A stretch of 64,000 nt of DNA from Candidatus Collierbacteria bacterium GW2011_GWA2_42_17 (lineage in GTDB: Bacteria; Patescibacteriota; Microgenomatia; UBA1400; MFAQ01), in NCBI GenBank assembly GCA_000998275.1, contig LCDA01000001.1, forward strand, positions 30,684 through 94,683, given 5' to 3'. Made by a program: the position numbers and the translations under genes. Each line of letters starts with the position of its first letter. Within the stretch, counting starts at the first letter, position 1. Of the stretch, positions 1-8,795 are shown one piece after another. Under the pieces are notes generated by a model, which saw only the letters and a list, made by a program, of their open reading frames with translations, was not told where the DNA came from and searched no databases.

Positions 1-23
1 GTTTGCCGTGATAAGATTTATGC

Positions 24-1484
24 GTGTATAGAAGGTTTTTATTACCGGACGAATTAATTTTACTTCCTCATGAACTGAAGCGGGTGATGAGTGAGTTTAT
101 TGCTGGTGGTTTTGAGATCTATTTGGTTGGTGGTGGTGTCCGAAATATCTTGATGGAAAAAATACCGGAGAACTGCGACCTGACCACAAACGCAACTCCA
201 GAACAAAGTTTGAAAGTTTTGGAAAAATACGACCCGTTTTACAACAATGATTTTGGGACCGTGTCGTACGAAGTGAAGGTTGACGGGAAAAAAGAACTTT
301 ATGAGGTGACAACTTATCGATCAGAAAAAGAATACTCTGATTTTCGTCGTCCGGACAATGTGAGCTGGGGTAAAACTTTGGAAGAAGATGTAACTCGTCG
401 AGATTTTACGGTGAATGCTTTGGTGATTGGCCAAAAGGACGGAAAATACGAGTTGATTGATTTGGTCAATGGACTGGAGGACTTTGAAAAAGGTTTAATT
501 CGGGCGGTAGGAAACCCCGAAAAACGCTTTGGGGAAGATGCTTTGAGAATGATGAGGGCAATTCGCTTTGCGGCCAGACTGGGGTTTGTGATCGAAGAAG
601 AGACATTAAAGGCGATTACCATAAAAGCACCTCTTCTTGAAAAGATAAGTAAAGAGAGGGTTCGCGATGAACTTTTGAAAATTATCGGCTCGAACTATCC
701 GGCGGATGGAGTGTCTCTTTTGATTTCGACCGGATTAATGGAGCAGATAATGCCTGAGGTATTAGAGGGACGTGGAGTGACGCAGGGGGGGCACCATACA
801 TTGACTGTCCTGGATCATATGATCGAGTGTTTACGAAACAGTTCTTCACCGGATCCGATTGTACGCTTTGCCACTTTTATCCATGATGTAGGAAAACCAA
901 GAAGTCAAAGATACAAGTGTCGAAAGTGTGGAAAAATGTTTAGAGATCTGGCCGAAGAGATGACGATGTGCGCAAACTGTGGTTTTGAACAGCCGACAAG
1001 AGGAATGATTACCTTTTATGGACATGAGGTGATCGGTGCCAGAATGGCGAAAGAAATATGTGACAGGCTGAGATTTACAAACAAACAGACGGAAAAAATC
1101 GTGACTCTGGTGAGAATGCACATGTTTGCATATCAACCGGAGATGACGGACGCGGCCATTCGAAGAATCATTAGAAAAGTGGGCAAGGAAAATATTGCCG
1201 ACATGGTGCTTTTACGTATTGCCGACCGAAAAGGAAGCGGAAGCAAAACTACCAGCTGGAGATTTATGGAGTTGCAGAAGCGAATTGGGGAACAACTTTT
1301 TGAACCAATGGAAATAAATGATATGGCGGTTAATGGACGGGACGTGATGGAGGTATTAAATGTTTCCCCCGGTCCAGTCATTGGTAAAGTACTGAAGGAA
1401 TTATTTGAGGAAGTTTTGGAAGACACGAGTAAAAACAACAAGGAGTATCTACTTTCACGAATTAAAGAGGTAGCTAAAGAATAG
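24..1484 (+). CDS. cca: CCA-adding tRNA nucleotidyltransferase (class II polyA polymerase head + HD domain)
   Basis: N-terminal GGGVRN..DLTT nucleotidyltransferase motif, central HD domain (HDVGKP...FYGHE); GTG start; contains CxxC...CxxC insert. Confidence 0.8.
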   Translation: MYRRFLLPDELILLPHELKRVMSEFIAGGFEIYLVGGGVRNILMEKIPENCDLTTNATPEQSLKVLEKYDPFYNNDFGTVSYEVKVDGKKELYEVTTYRSEKEYSDFRRPDNVSWGKTLEEDVTRRDFTVNALVIGQKDGKYELIDLVNGLEDFEKGLIRAVGNPEKRFGEDALRMMRAIRFAARLGFVIEEETLKAITIKAPLLEKISKERVRDELLKIIGSNYPADGVSLLISTGLMEQIMPEVLEGRGVTQGGHHTLTVLDHMIECLRNSSSPDPIVRFATFIHDVGKPRSQRYKCRKCGKMFRDLAEEMTMCANCGFEQPTRGMITFYGHEVIGARMAKEICDRLRFTNKQTEKIVTLVRMHMFAYQPEMTDAAIRRIIRKVGKENIADMVLLRIADRKGSGSKTTSWRFMELQKRIGEQLFEPMEINDMAVNGRDVMEVLNVSPGPVIGKVLKELFEEVLEDTSKNNKEYLLSRIKEVAKE

Positions 1485-1485
1485 C

Positions 1486-2343
1486 TTACCTATTTTTGGC
1501 AAAAATATTGTTCCAGACGATAAGAAGCGGGGCGGCAGTAAAGGTGGATGAATAAGTGCCGGTAACTGTTCCGATAAGAAGAGCCAGAGAGAAGAATTTG
1601 GTAGTTTCTCCACCAATAAGGAAAAGGGCAATAAGCATGAAAATAATGGTGAGGGAGTTGTTTAATGAACGGACCATGGTCTCGGTGACGGCTTGATTAA
1701 CCAAAGTAACGTATTCAATTCCTTTATTTTTATGGGAAAGCTCACGAATACGGTCGAAGACAACAATCGTGTCGTGGACGGAGAAGGAAAGTATGGTAAG
1801 AACGGCGGTGACAAAAAGAAGGTCAATCTCTACCCCAAAAAAGTGCCCGAGAAGACTGAAACTCCCCAGAAGAACGATCGTGTCGTGAAACATGGCAATA
1901 AGGGCGCAAACACCGTATTTGAGCTGTTTGAAGGCGAAGCTGATATAGAGAAGAAGCATTACACTGGCGATAATCAACGCGCTGATAGTCTTTTTGATGG
2001 TTTCTTTTCCGAGAGCGGCACCAATACTTTCGAAACCGGTAATTTTGATTTCGGGGTTGTCTTTTTTTAGGGTATCAATGGCTTTCTGGGCGGTGTCTTG
2101 AGAAATATTTTTAGTTTTTAGGGTGACGGAGTTTGGGGTCGAGTCTTCAAGAGATGGTGTGTATTCTTCAAAAGATTGAAGAATAATATCGGGTGAAGAT
2201 ATTGTGTTTTCAATAGTAAGCCGAGTACCACCGGTAAACTCGATAGAGGGTTTAAATCCGTAACGGACAAGAGAATAAATTCCCGGAACAATGATAAGAG
2301 AAGAAATCAAAAAGTAGATAGAGAGGTGCTTCATCCAGTTCAT
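1486..2343 (-). CDS. secF: protein translocase subunit SecF
   Basis: SIEFTGGT motif, multi-TM RND-like export protein, immediately downstream of secD. Confidence 0.85.
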   Translation of the reverse strand: MNWMKHLSIYFLISSLIIVPGIYSLVRYGFKPSIEFTGGTRLTIENTISSPDIILQSFEEYTPSLEDSTPNSVTLKTKNISQDTAQKAIDTLKKDNPEIKITGFESIGAALGKETIKKTISALIIASVMLLLYISFAFKQLKYGVCALIAMFHDTIVLLGSFSLLGHFFGVEIDLLFVTAVLTILSFSVHDTIVVFDRIRELSHKNKGIEYVTLVNQAVTETMVRSLNNSLTIIFMLIALFLIGGETTKFFSLALLIGTVTGTYSSTFTAAPLLIVWNNIFAKNR

Positions 2344-2344
2344 A

Positions 2345-3697
2345 TTATTTAGATTTTTGTTTTTTGATTTCTAAAGTTTTACCTTTATAAAAAAGGCGGA
2401 GGAGATTTCTCGTGACTACAATACCGGTAAAAAGAGAGATTAAAATACCAAGAATAAGGGTTAGAGCAAATCCACGAACGGCTCCGGAGGTATTCAAAAA
2501 ATTCCAGTTTAACGGATTAAAAAGAATAAAACCGGTGATGATGGTGGCCGTGTTGGCGTCTTTAATACTGTCCCAAGCGCGACCGAAGGCAAGTTCAAGG
2601 GCAACAGGCCAGGTGCGACCTGCCCTGATCTCTTCTTTGTAGCGCTCAAAAACGAGAATGTTGGAGTCGACGGCCATACCGACGGAAAGTAAGAAACCGG
2701 CAATGCCAGGAAGACTGAGGAAAACCGAGAAAAGTTTGTAAAGGGTGAGAGTAAATAAACCGTAGAGGACCAAACCAATGGAAGCAATGAGCCCCATCCA
2801 GCCGTAGTTACCAATCATGAAGAGGACAACCATAGAAAGGCCAATGACTCCGGCAGTGATACTTTTCTCGATGGAGTCCGCACCTAAGGTAGCGGGGATG
2901 TTTTTTTGGCTTAAGACGCTGACCGGAACAGGAAGAGCGCCGGCGTTTAGCTGAACTGCTAAAGCCTTGGCTTCGTCAATGGAGTTGCTCCCTGTTATTT
3001 GAGCTCTGCCATCCGGAATTTCAACCTGAACCGTGGGCATAGTAACAGGATAATCGTCAAGAAGAATAGCTATTTGTTTACCGATGTTTTCTTTGGTGAG
3101 TTTAGCAAACTTGGCCTTACCGGAGTCTTTGAAGACAATATCAACTACCGGCTGACCATTAGAGGAATCGAAAGTTGCCGTCGCTCGAGCAAGATCGGCA
3201 CCGGTCAGATCCGTTAGGACAAAGTCCGAGAGAGTGGCGGCATCGGTTGCGGTTTTACCTTCGATGTAGACAGGAAGAGCAAACTCCATCTTGGCTGTTT
3301 GACCAATAAGGGCAAGCGCTTGCTCCGGGTTGGAGATGCCGGGAAGCTCAAGAATGAGGCGATAATCATTGCCAGAAATAGCGGTTTTTATGCCGGATTC
3401 GGAGACCCCAAAAAAGTCAATACGTCGTCCGATGTTGGTTTTGAGTGATTCTAGCGCTGTAATGCGATCTTCCGATTTGATTTCCTGCATGTCGGCAGTG
3501 AGAGTAACCTGGAGACCTCCTTTGATATCAAGGCCTTGTTTTAACTCGATTTCTTGGGAAAGATCGAGGCTGCCAATTTTGAAATTAAGGCGTGGAACGG
3601 AGAAATTAAAGATTTTGGCTGGAAGAACTAGATACAGAGAAAGAAGACTGATGGCGCAGATAAAGATAAAGACCTTTTGGGGTTTTGAAAGAGTCAT
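2345..3697 (-). CDS. secD: protein translocase subunit SecD
   Basis: SecD-type periplasmic domain plus C-terminal 6-TM bundle; contiguous with secF. Confidence 0.85.
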   Translation of the reverse strand: MTLSKPQKVFIFICAISLLSLYLVLPAKIFNFSVPRLNFKIGSLDLSQEIELKQGLDIKGGLQVTLTADMQEIKSEDRITALESLKTNIGRRIDFFGVSESGIKTAISGNDYRLILELPGISNPEQALALIGQTAKMEFALPVYIEGKTATDAATLSDFVLTDLTGADLARATATFDSSNGQPVVDIVFKDSGKAKFAKLTKENIGKQIAILLDDYPVTMPTVQVEIPDGRAQITGSNSIDEAKALAVQLNAGALPVPVSVLSQKNIPATLGADSIEKSITAGVIGLSMVVLFMIGNYGWMGLIASIGLVLYGLFTLTLYKLFSVFLSLPGIAGFLLSVGMAVDSNILVFERYKEEIRAGRTWPVALELAFGRAWDSIKDANTATIITGFILFNPLNWNFLNTSGAVRGFALTLILGILISLFTGIVVTRNLLRLFYKGKTLEIKKQKSK

Positions 3698-3706
3698 ATG
3701 AATAAG

Positions 3707-3910
3707 TTATAGATGTTTTTTGTTTCTGGCGTGAGGAGAAAGACCGAGACTTAACTGATGGCTGTCGACAAAATCAATCGCAAGAGAGTTATTTAACTCT
3801 CTTTTGACATCAACCTGATCACCAGGTTTTAAAGAAAGGTCTTTCACCAGATTTGAAGGAATGGTAATTCCAAGTGAGTTGCCAACTTTGAGAATTTTTT
3901 GGATAGCCAT
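3707..3910 (-). CDS. SpoVT/AbrB-type swapped-hairpin DNA-binding protein (MazE-like)
   Basis: N-term IqKilKVGNSLGITIPsnlvkdl..kpGDqVdV matches AbrB/MazE looped-hinge-helix signature; start overlaps stop of upstream gene. Confidence 0.55.
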   Translation of the reverse strand: MAIQKILKVGNSLGITIPSNLVKDLSLKPGDQVDVKRELNNSLAIDFVDSHQLSLGLSPHARNKKHL

Positions 3911-4491
3911 TAGCCTAGTAACTGGATTTCGTCTCCGATGAGAGTGACACGGGGCTGAAGGAGAACTTTGATAATAAAGGGATCTTGATGACTTTTTCGA
4001 TAGTTGAACTCGTCTTCAGTCATACAGGAGTAATTTATTTCGGTGTTTAGCAGTTTCTCGGCGGATTTTACCAGGATAGCGACTTGGGGCATAATAATTT
4101 TGCCGATAATCATGAGATCAACTTCTTCCGGATCCCGCTTTAGACCACGAGCAAGTTTTTGGGAGATGAAAGAAAATTTAACAAAACCAAGTTTACTTTT
4201 GTTTTTGAGGACAAGTTTGCCAAGACCGGTGGATTTGGAAACTAAGTTTGAAAGCTCCGGGTAGATAGAAAAGGTAGTCTTAACGGAGTAGTAAAGGCGG
4301 TTACCACGTTTTTCGCTTTTGAGAAGACCGGCTTTTTGGAGATGGTCGAGTTCGCGCCTGACCGCATTAATCTCTTCTTTAGTAGCTCTGGTTAACTCAC
4401 GAACATAAAACATGTTTTTGGAGTCCGAAAGAAAGATCTTTAGGAGCTTAACTCTTACCTTGGAAATGATTAAGTCTGATAATTTGGCCAT
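3910..4491 (-). CDS. winged-HTH protein fused to putative minimal nucleotidyltransferase (Pol-beta superfamily) domain
   Basis: N-terminal ArsR-like wHTH (VRELTRATKEEINAVRRELDHLQKAGLL); C-terminal LARGlkrdpEEVDLMIIG resembles GSxARG...DxD MNT motif. Confidence 0.4.
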   Translation of the reverse strand: MAKLSDLIISKVRVKLLKIFLSDSKNMFYVRELTRATKEEINAVRRELDHLQKAGLLKSEKRGNRLYYSVKTTFSIYPELSNLVSKSTGLGKLVLKNKSKLGFVKFSFISQKLARGLKRDPEEVDLMIIGKIIMPQVAILVKSAEKLLNTEINYSCMTEDEFNYRKSHQDPFIIKVLLQPRVTLIGDEIQLLG

Positions 4492-4515
4492 ATATTTGGG
4501 GCAGGCCTAATATCC

Positions 4516-5733
4516 TTAATTGTATACGACTTTGTTGCCAATGGGTAATATTTCTACCCAGATATTGCCAGGAACAAAAACAATCTCTTTGCCGGCTTTG
4601 TCGGTAAAGATGGTGCGATCTTTCTGTTTGGCTTTTTTCCAAGTAACTTCTACCGCTACGCCATTCTGGAAGACGTAACCAGTTCCGGAACCGATGATAT
4701 CGTAGTACAGGTGTTTACCATAGTCGCCGAGTTCGGTTTCTTTGGCAAACTGGACGATGACGTTTGAGGCAGATAATTGCTGTTTGGTGTCGAGATCGGT
4801 GTGGGCTGTACCACCATTGAAACGGAGATAGGTTTTACTCACGGAGTCATATTTCCACTCAACGGAAAACTCGGAATAGTTTTTCCAGAACTCAAACTTA
4901 ACATCGGTTGCCGGAGTTCCGGAAACGACTAAGTCCGAATTAGTTTTCCACGCCGTGAATCCTGACAGCCAGGGTTTGTCGTTGGGCATTTTGGCAGTGT
5001 AACCTCTTTTTTCGGCTTCTTTCCAAGCATAAGGTAAGTAACCGACATAAGTGTGTTCGGTGGCGATTGTGGCGGCAGTACCAAGTCTGTCGTAGTCTCT
5101 TTTCATGACAGGGATGCCGATGTCTCCGATGGTGTCAAAATCATTACCACCTGGTTTTCTCCAGCCAAGTTTAGCGAGCTCTTCTATGGCAAAAGCTTTG
5201 GGGTTAGAAACACATTGACCGGAAGCTTCGTCACGTCCGCAGTTGGCACCGCCAACGTGCATATAGATAGGGGTGTTGTACTCGGTAGCAAGATTTACAA
5301 AATAAATACGGGCAGATCTGACTGGAGCAACTCTCATGGTGTCGGATTGTGCACCGCAGTAAAAGACACCCATAAAACGAGTAATACCACCTTCGGCAAC
5401 AGCTTCGTAAACAATATCGGCCGAAGATAAACCGGATTGAGGTCTGACTGAAGCGTCATTTTCGATCATAGCCAAAATGGGGCGACGTGTTTCCCAGAGA
5501 GCTTTTTCGGATTTACTGTAGAGCTTGCCATTTAAAGGACAGGCTTCGGTTTTGGGTTCGTTGGCAAATTGGCCAAAACCGGTGGATTTTATGCCAGTTT
5601 CTTCTTCTATCTTGGGAGAGATCAAAACTCCGCCTGAAGCAGGTACGATGGCATAAGCAACTCCTCCGGAGACCAGAAAAGTGACTATCAGACCAATAAT
5701 TGTTTTGAGGGAGAATAATTTTACTGAGGACAT
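4516..5733 (-). CDS. DUF3048 family membrane-anchored protein (YerB-like)
   Basis: N-terminal TM then ...IENdasvRPQSGLssADIVYEavAEGGITRFmgvF, characteristic of DUF3048/YerB. Confidence 0.65.
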   Translation of the reverse strand: MSSVKLFSLKTIIGLIVTFLVSGGVAYAIVPASGGVLISPKIEEETGIKSTGFGQFANEPKTEACPLNGKLYSKSEKALWETRRPILAMIENDASVRPQSGLSSADIVYEAVAEGGITRFMGVFYCGAQSDTMRVAPVRSARIYFVNLATEYNTPIYMHVGGANCGRDEASGQCVSNPKAFAIEELAKLGWRKPGGNDFDTIGDIGIPVMKRDYDRLGTAATIATEHTYVGYLPYAWKEAEKRGYTAKMPNDKPWLSGFTAWKTNSDLVVSGTPATDVKFEFWKNYSEFSVEWKYDSVSKTYLRFNGGTAHTDLDTKQQLSASNVIVQFAKETELGDYGKHLYYDIIGSGTGYVFQNGVAVEVTWKKAKQKDRTIFTDKAGKEIVFVPGNIWVEILPIGNKVVYN

Positions 5734-5736
5734 GAA

Positions 5737-6195
5737 TTATTTTAAAGCTTGTTTGATAACTTCTTGTTCTTCGCTACTTAAAGTTTGAGCACTGACTTTG
5801 CCACCGTGGACTTTTTTGGCATAAAGGCGCGTATTTTCGCGACTATGTAATGAGCTTATCATAATACCGTCCCCCAAGTCATCCAAAAGGGCTGCCGTAA
5901 AGCTTTGATCTCCGCCGGTATCGGTGAAAGGGTTATAGCGTTTGAATCCAATTTTTTGAAGATGTTTTTTGTTTTCGTTAATTTCATAGTTTAGCTTTTC
6001 AGTGAGGAGCTCAATATCTTTGGCGTTTCTCTCCGAAGTTGAAATTAGGTGATTGAGAGAAGAGATAAGATCTTTTTTGGAAACATTAGCCGTAAGATTT
6101 TTGTAGTGAAGAAGCATCCTGGTCAACAGGACGGTAATGATAACTAGCCATAAGGCAACTGCCCCGTAAATATAAATTGTTGGTATCATAGACAT
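5737..6195 (-). CDS. DUF4446-like membrane protein
   Basis: single N-terminal TM, coiled region, RYNPFtDtGGDQSFtaALLDdlGdG motif; commonly paired with DUF3048. Confidence 0.5.
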   Translation of the reverse strand: MSMIPTIYIYGAVALWLVIITVLLTRMLLHYKNLTANVSKKDLISSLNHLISTSERNAKDIELLTEKLNYEINENKKHLQKIGFKRYNPFTDTGGDQSFTAALLDDLGDGIMISSLHSRENTRLYAKKVHGGKVSAQTLSSEEQEVIKQALK

Positions 6196-6488
6196 ATTAA
6201 GTTTACTATACTCGACCCATGTCCAAACAAAGAAAAACTAGAAAAGAAAAAGTCAGAAGTGAGATTCGCCAAAAAGAGCGTGAGTCGTTTCAGGTTAAGG
6301 CTGAATGGCTTCAAACAGGCACAAAAAGCACTAAAACGGCAGTTGTTCTGGGAGAAACTGGAAAAAGATTCTTGAGATTGGACTTGACAAAGACTTTTCT
6401 TCTATCTATGCTTGTGCTAGCCTTGGAGTTAGCTTTGTGGCAGTATTTATCAAGGCACTAACAAAAAGAAAGGGGGTGAACCAAGAAA

Positions 6489-6629
6489 ATGCAGATCTAT
6501 TGTGTAAAATGTAGAGCCAAAAGAGACGTTACCGAATTCGAAAGAGTTACTATGAAAAATGGTAAACCAGCCGTAAAAGCTGTTTGTCCAGTTTGTGGCA
6601 CCAAAATGTTCAAAATCGGCGCTAAGTAA
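6489..6629 (+). CDS. small zinc-ribbon protein (DUF5679-like), 46 aa
   Basis: Not in ORF track (<60 aa). MQIYCVKCRAKRDVTEFERVTMKNGKPAVKAVCPVCGTKMFKIGAK; CxxC..CxxC; strong RBS aaagggggtg and TTGACA-17-TATGCT promoter upstream. Confidence 0.5.
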   Translation: MQIYCVKCRAKRDVTEFERVTMKNGKPAVKAVCPVCGTKMFKIGAK

Positions 6630-6689
6630 AAGCCGTCTTAAAACCCAAGAGAGAGAAATCTACCTTGGGTTTTTTGCTGAAAAAAGAGG

Positions 6690-7382
6690 TTATTTCTTTT
6701 TAAGATTTTTGTACCAACTTTCAAGGAGAGACTTGATCAGGTCTTTTGATCCAAGGCCTAGACTAATACCAATACCCAAGGCCAGAGCGGCGATAAAGCC
6801 GGTGAAGGTCGTCTCGATGAAAAAACGAGCAATACCAAGCTGGGAGATGGCGGCTAGAATAAAGAGGGTTAGAGTGGCGTAGCTAACTATCTTGCCAACC
6901 AAGCGGGAAAAGGCGGGGTCTTGAGAACCAAGAGAGCCTTTGACCATCTTTTCCAAGAAACCGGCAATAAAAATACCAACAGCGAGGATAATAATGGCAG
7001 CTACAAGAGTAGGAATTCCCAGGATGATGTTGTTGAGGAACTCACTGACTGAAGTAAGACCAAGAATATTGATACTGGCGATGAAAAACAGAATGATGAC
7101 TAACCAGTGAATAATCTCACCTATAATAATCTCAATTTTTTGAGTCATTTGGGCGTTTTTAAAAAACTCTTTGACGGCAGAATTTTTGATGTGTCCTCCA
7201 AGTTTGGTGAGATTGACAAGTTTGATGGTGAGGGTTTTTAACCAACCGGCGAGAATAAGACCCAGTAAAAACAAGACAATGGCTCCCAAGAGGCTGGGAA
7301 TAAAGCTAACGATACCAACCAAAACTTGGTTGAAGGCGTAAACGAGAGAGGTCTCAAAAGAATAAAAAACACTTGTGTTCAT
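6690..7382 (-). CDS. membrane protein with repeated conserved-TM-helix segments (MscS-associated type)
   Basis: four hydrophobic helices with similar repeats (IILGIPTLVAAIIILAVG... / VGIVSFIPSLLGAIVLFLLG...). Confidence 0.4.
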   Translation of the reverse strand: MNTSVFYSFETSLVYAFNQVLVGIVSFIPSLLGAIVLFLLGLILAGWLKTLTIKLVNLTKLGGHIKNSAVKEFFKNAQMTQKIEIIIGEIIHWLVIILFFIASINILGLTSVSEFLNNIILGIPTLVAAIIILAVGIFIAGFLEKMVKGSLGSQDPAFSRLVGKIVSYATLTLFILAAISQLGIARFFIETTFTGFIAALALGIGISLGLGSKDLIKSLLESWYKNLKKK

Positions 7383-7478
7383 ATGTCTATCTTATAGAGA
7401 ATTTTTGTTTTGTCAACAAAAGGTCTTGGAGAACACCGAGTTGTGCAATACTATGGGTTTTACTATATAATAGTAGTA

Positions 7479-7790
7479 CTCCCGGGTGCTGGTGAGGAAT
7501 GCCCTACCGCAAGGTGGGGAGGAAAGTCCGGACAGCTAAAAGATAGGGTGGCCGAGGAAACTCGGTTCTTCTCGAGGTAACTCGAGAAGCGCGATAGGGC
7601 CACAGAGACGAATAAAGGTGAAACGCTCTTGGATACAAGAGATTGCTTAGAAGTAATTCTAAGCAAGTGGTAACCCGCCCCGCTGCAATCGACGAATTGG
7701 GATTAAGGTATCTTTTCCGTCCCAGAAGTCTCGAGCATTAGATAGATGTTCCTCCTAGACAGAATCCGGCTTACTATGACCCGGGAGTCC
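7479..7790 (+). ncRNA. rnpB: RNase P RNA, bacterial type A-like, compact
   Basis: P1 helix ctCCCGGGtg.../...CCCGGGagt; conserved GGAAAGTCCGGaC (CR-I), AAAGGTGAAAcG (CR-IV), GGTAACCCGCC P15 loop, ACAGAAtCCGGCTTA (CR-V). Confidence 0.8.
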
Positions 7791-7798
7791 CGAAAGGG

Positions 7799-8794
7799 TT
7801 AATGAATCTCAGGAATGTTGGTGGTTTTGTTTACTTTAATGTGGGCGAGAATCACTCTGGCCGATAAGACAACGGGGAGCGAAAGGACGGCAAGTATTGG
7901 TCCGCCAAGCTTTAAACCAATCATGATGGCAAGAAGAGTAATTATCGGGTTTAGACCAGTGGCTTTTTGCATTACCTTGGGAACAATGAAGTTGTTTTCC
8001 AACTGCTGAACAATGATTGAGACGACTAGAGCACCAATTCCATGAGCGGGAGAGATCGAAAAACCGACAAGAACGGCGGGAATGGTCGCAATCGTGGGAC
8101 CGACATTAGGAACCAACTCCAAAATACCGGCGATAACACCAAGAGCAATTGCATATGGTAGGCCAACAATGATGTAACCTAGATAACTTAAGACACCAAC
8201 AATGAGCATTAAAAGAATTTCCCCCCGAATCCAACGTCCAATTTCGACTTCAAGTTTTTCGACAATTTGATAGTACTGATTACCTTTCTCGGACCACCAA
8301 AAAGTGAAGTAGCCTTTTAACTTATGCATCTCCTGAATCATGTAATAGCTGAGAACGATGACGGCGAAAATAGTGAGAAAACCGGAAAAGGTATCCGCGG
8401 CAATTTTGAAAACTTGGTTGGGAACTTGATAGATTTGAGTTGAAAATGAGTTGACGTCGAATTTTATGGGGCTAACAGTTTCAACAAGGGCGGGAAGTTT
8501 TTGAATGAACTGCTCTGTTTGGCTGAATAAAGGGGTGGCTACAGAAACCGCCAAAGTAATAATTAAACCAAAGAAAGTGAGAAGGATGACCATCGCGGAG
8601 AGCCCCCTCTTGATCTTAAATTTTTCGAACCAGTCGACAAGCGGACAGATGGCTAAAGTGATCAAAATTGCCGAAAAAATCAAAACAACTATATCTAGAA
8701 GCTGGACGATACTAAAAACAATGGCGAGGGAAAATAAAACCCAGATAATACTGGCAATGGAAAGGTCGAAGATGATACGTCTTTTTTTAAGCAT
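7799..8794 (-). CDS. AI-2E family transporter (PerM/UPF0118)
   Basis: 8-TM topology and C-terminal region typical of AI-2E family. Confidence 0.65.
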   Translation of the reverse strand: MLKKRRIIFDLSIASIIWVLFSLAIVFSIVQLLDIVVLIFSAILITLAICPLVDWFEKFKIKRGLSAMVILLTFFGLIITLAVSVATPLFSQTEQFIQKLPALVETVSPIKFDVNSFSTQIYQVPNQVFKIAADTFSGFLTIFAVIVLSYYMIQEMHKLKGYFTFWWSEKGNQYYQIVEKLEVEIGRWIRGEILLMLIVGVLSYLGYIIVGLPYAIALGVIAGILELVPNVGPTIATIPAVLVGFSISPAHGIGALVVSIIVQQLENNFIVPKVMQKATGLNPIITLLAIMIGLKLGGPILAVLSLPVVLSARVILAHIKVNKTTNIPEIH

Positions 8795-8795
8795 T

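Noticed and set aside
1693-2070. Numerous 60-150-aa ORFs antisense to large conserved genes (inside secF, rpoB, rpoC, fusA, tuf, ribosomal genes)
   Set aside because: Shadow ORFs on the opposite strand of well-supported conserved genes; low-complexity, no RBS
6219-6461. 80-aa Lys/Arg-rich ORF in the DUF4446-DUF5679 spacer
   Set aside because: Overlaps a near-consensus promoter for the downstream gene; composition typical of A-rich noncoding DNA translated in frame; no RBS
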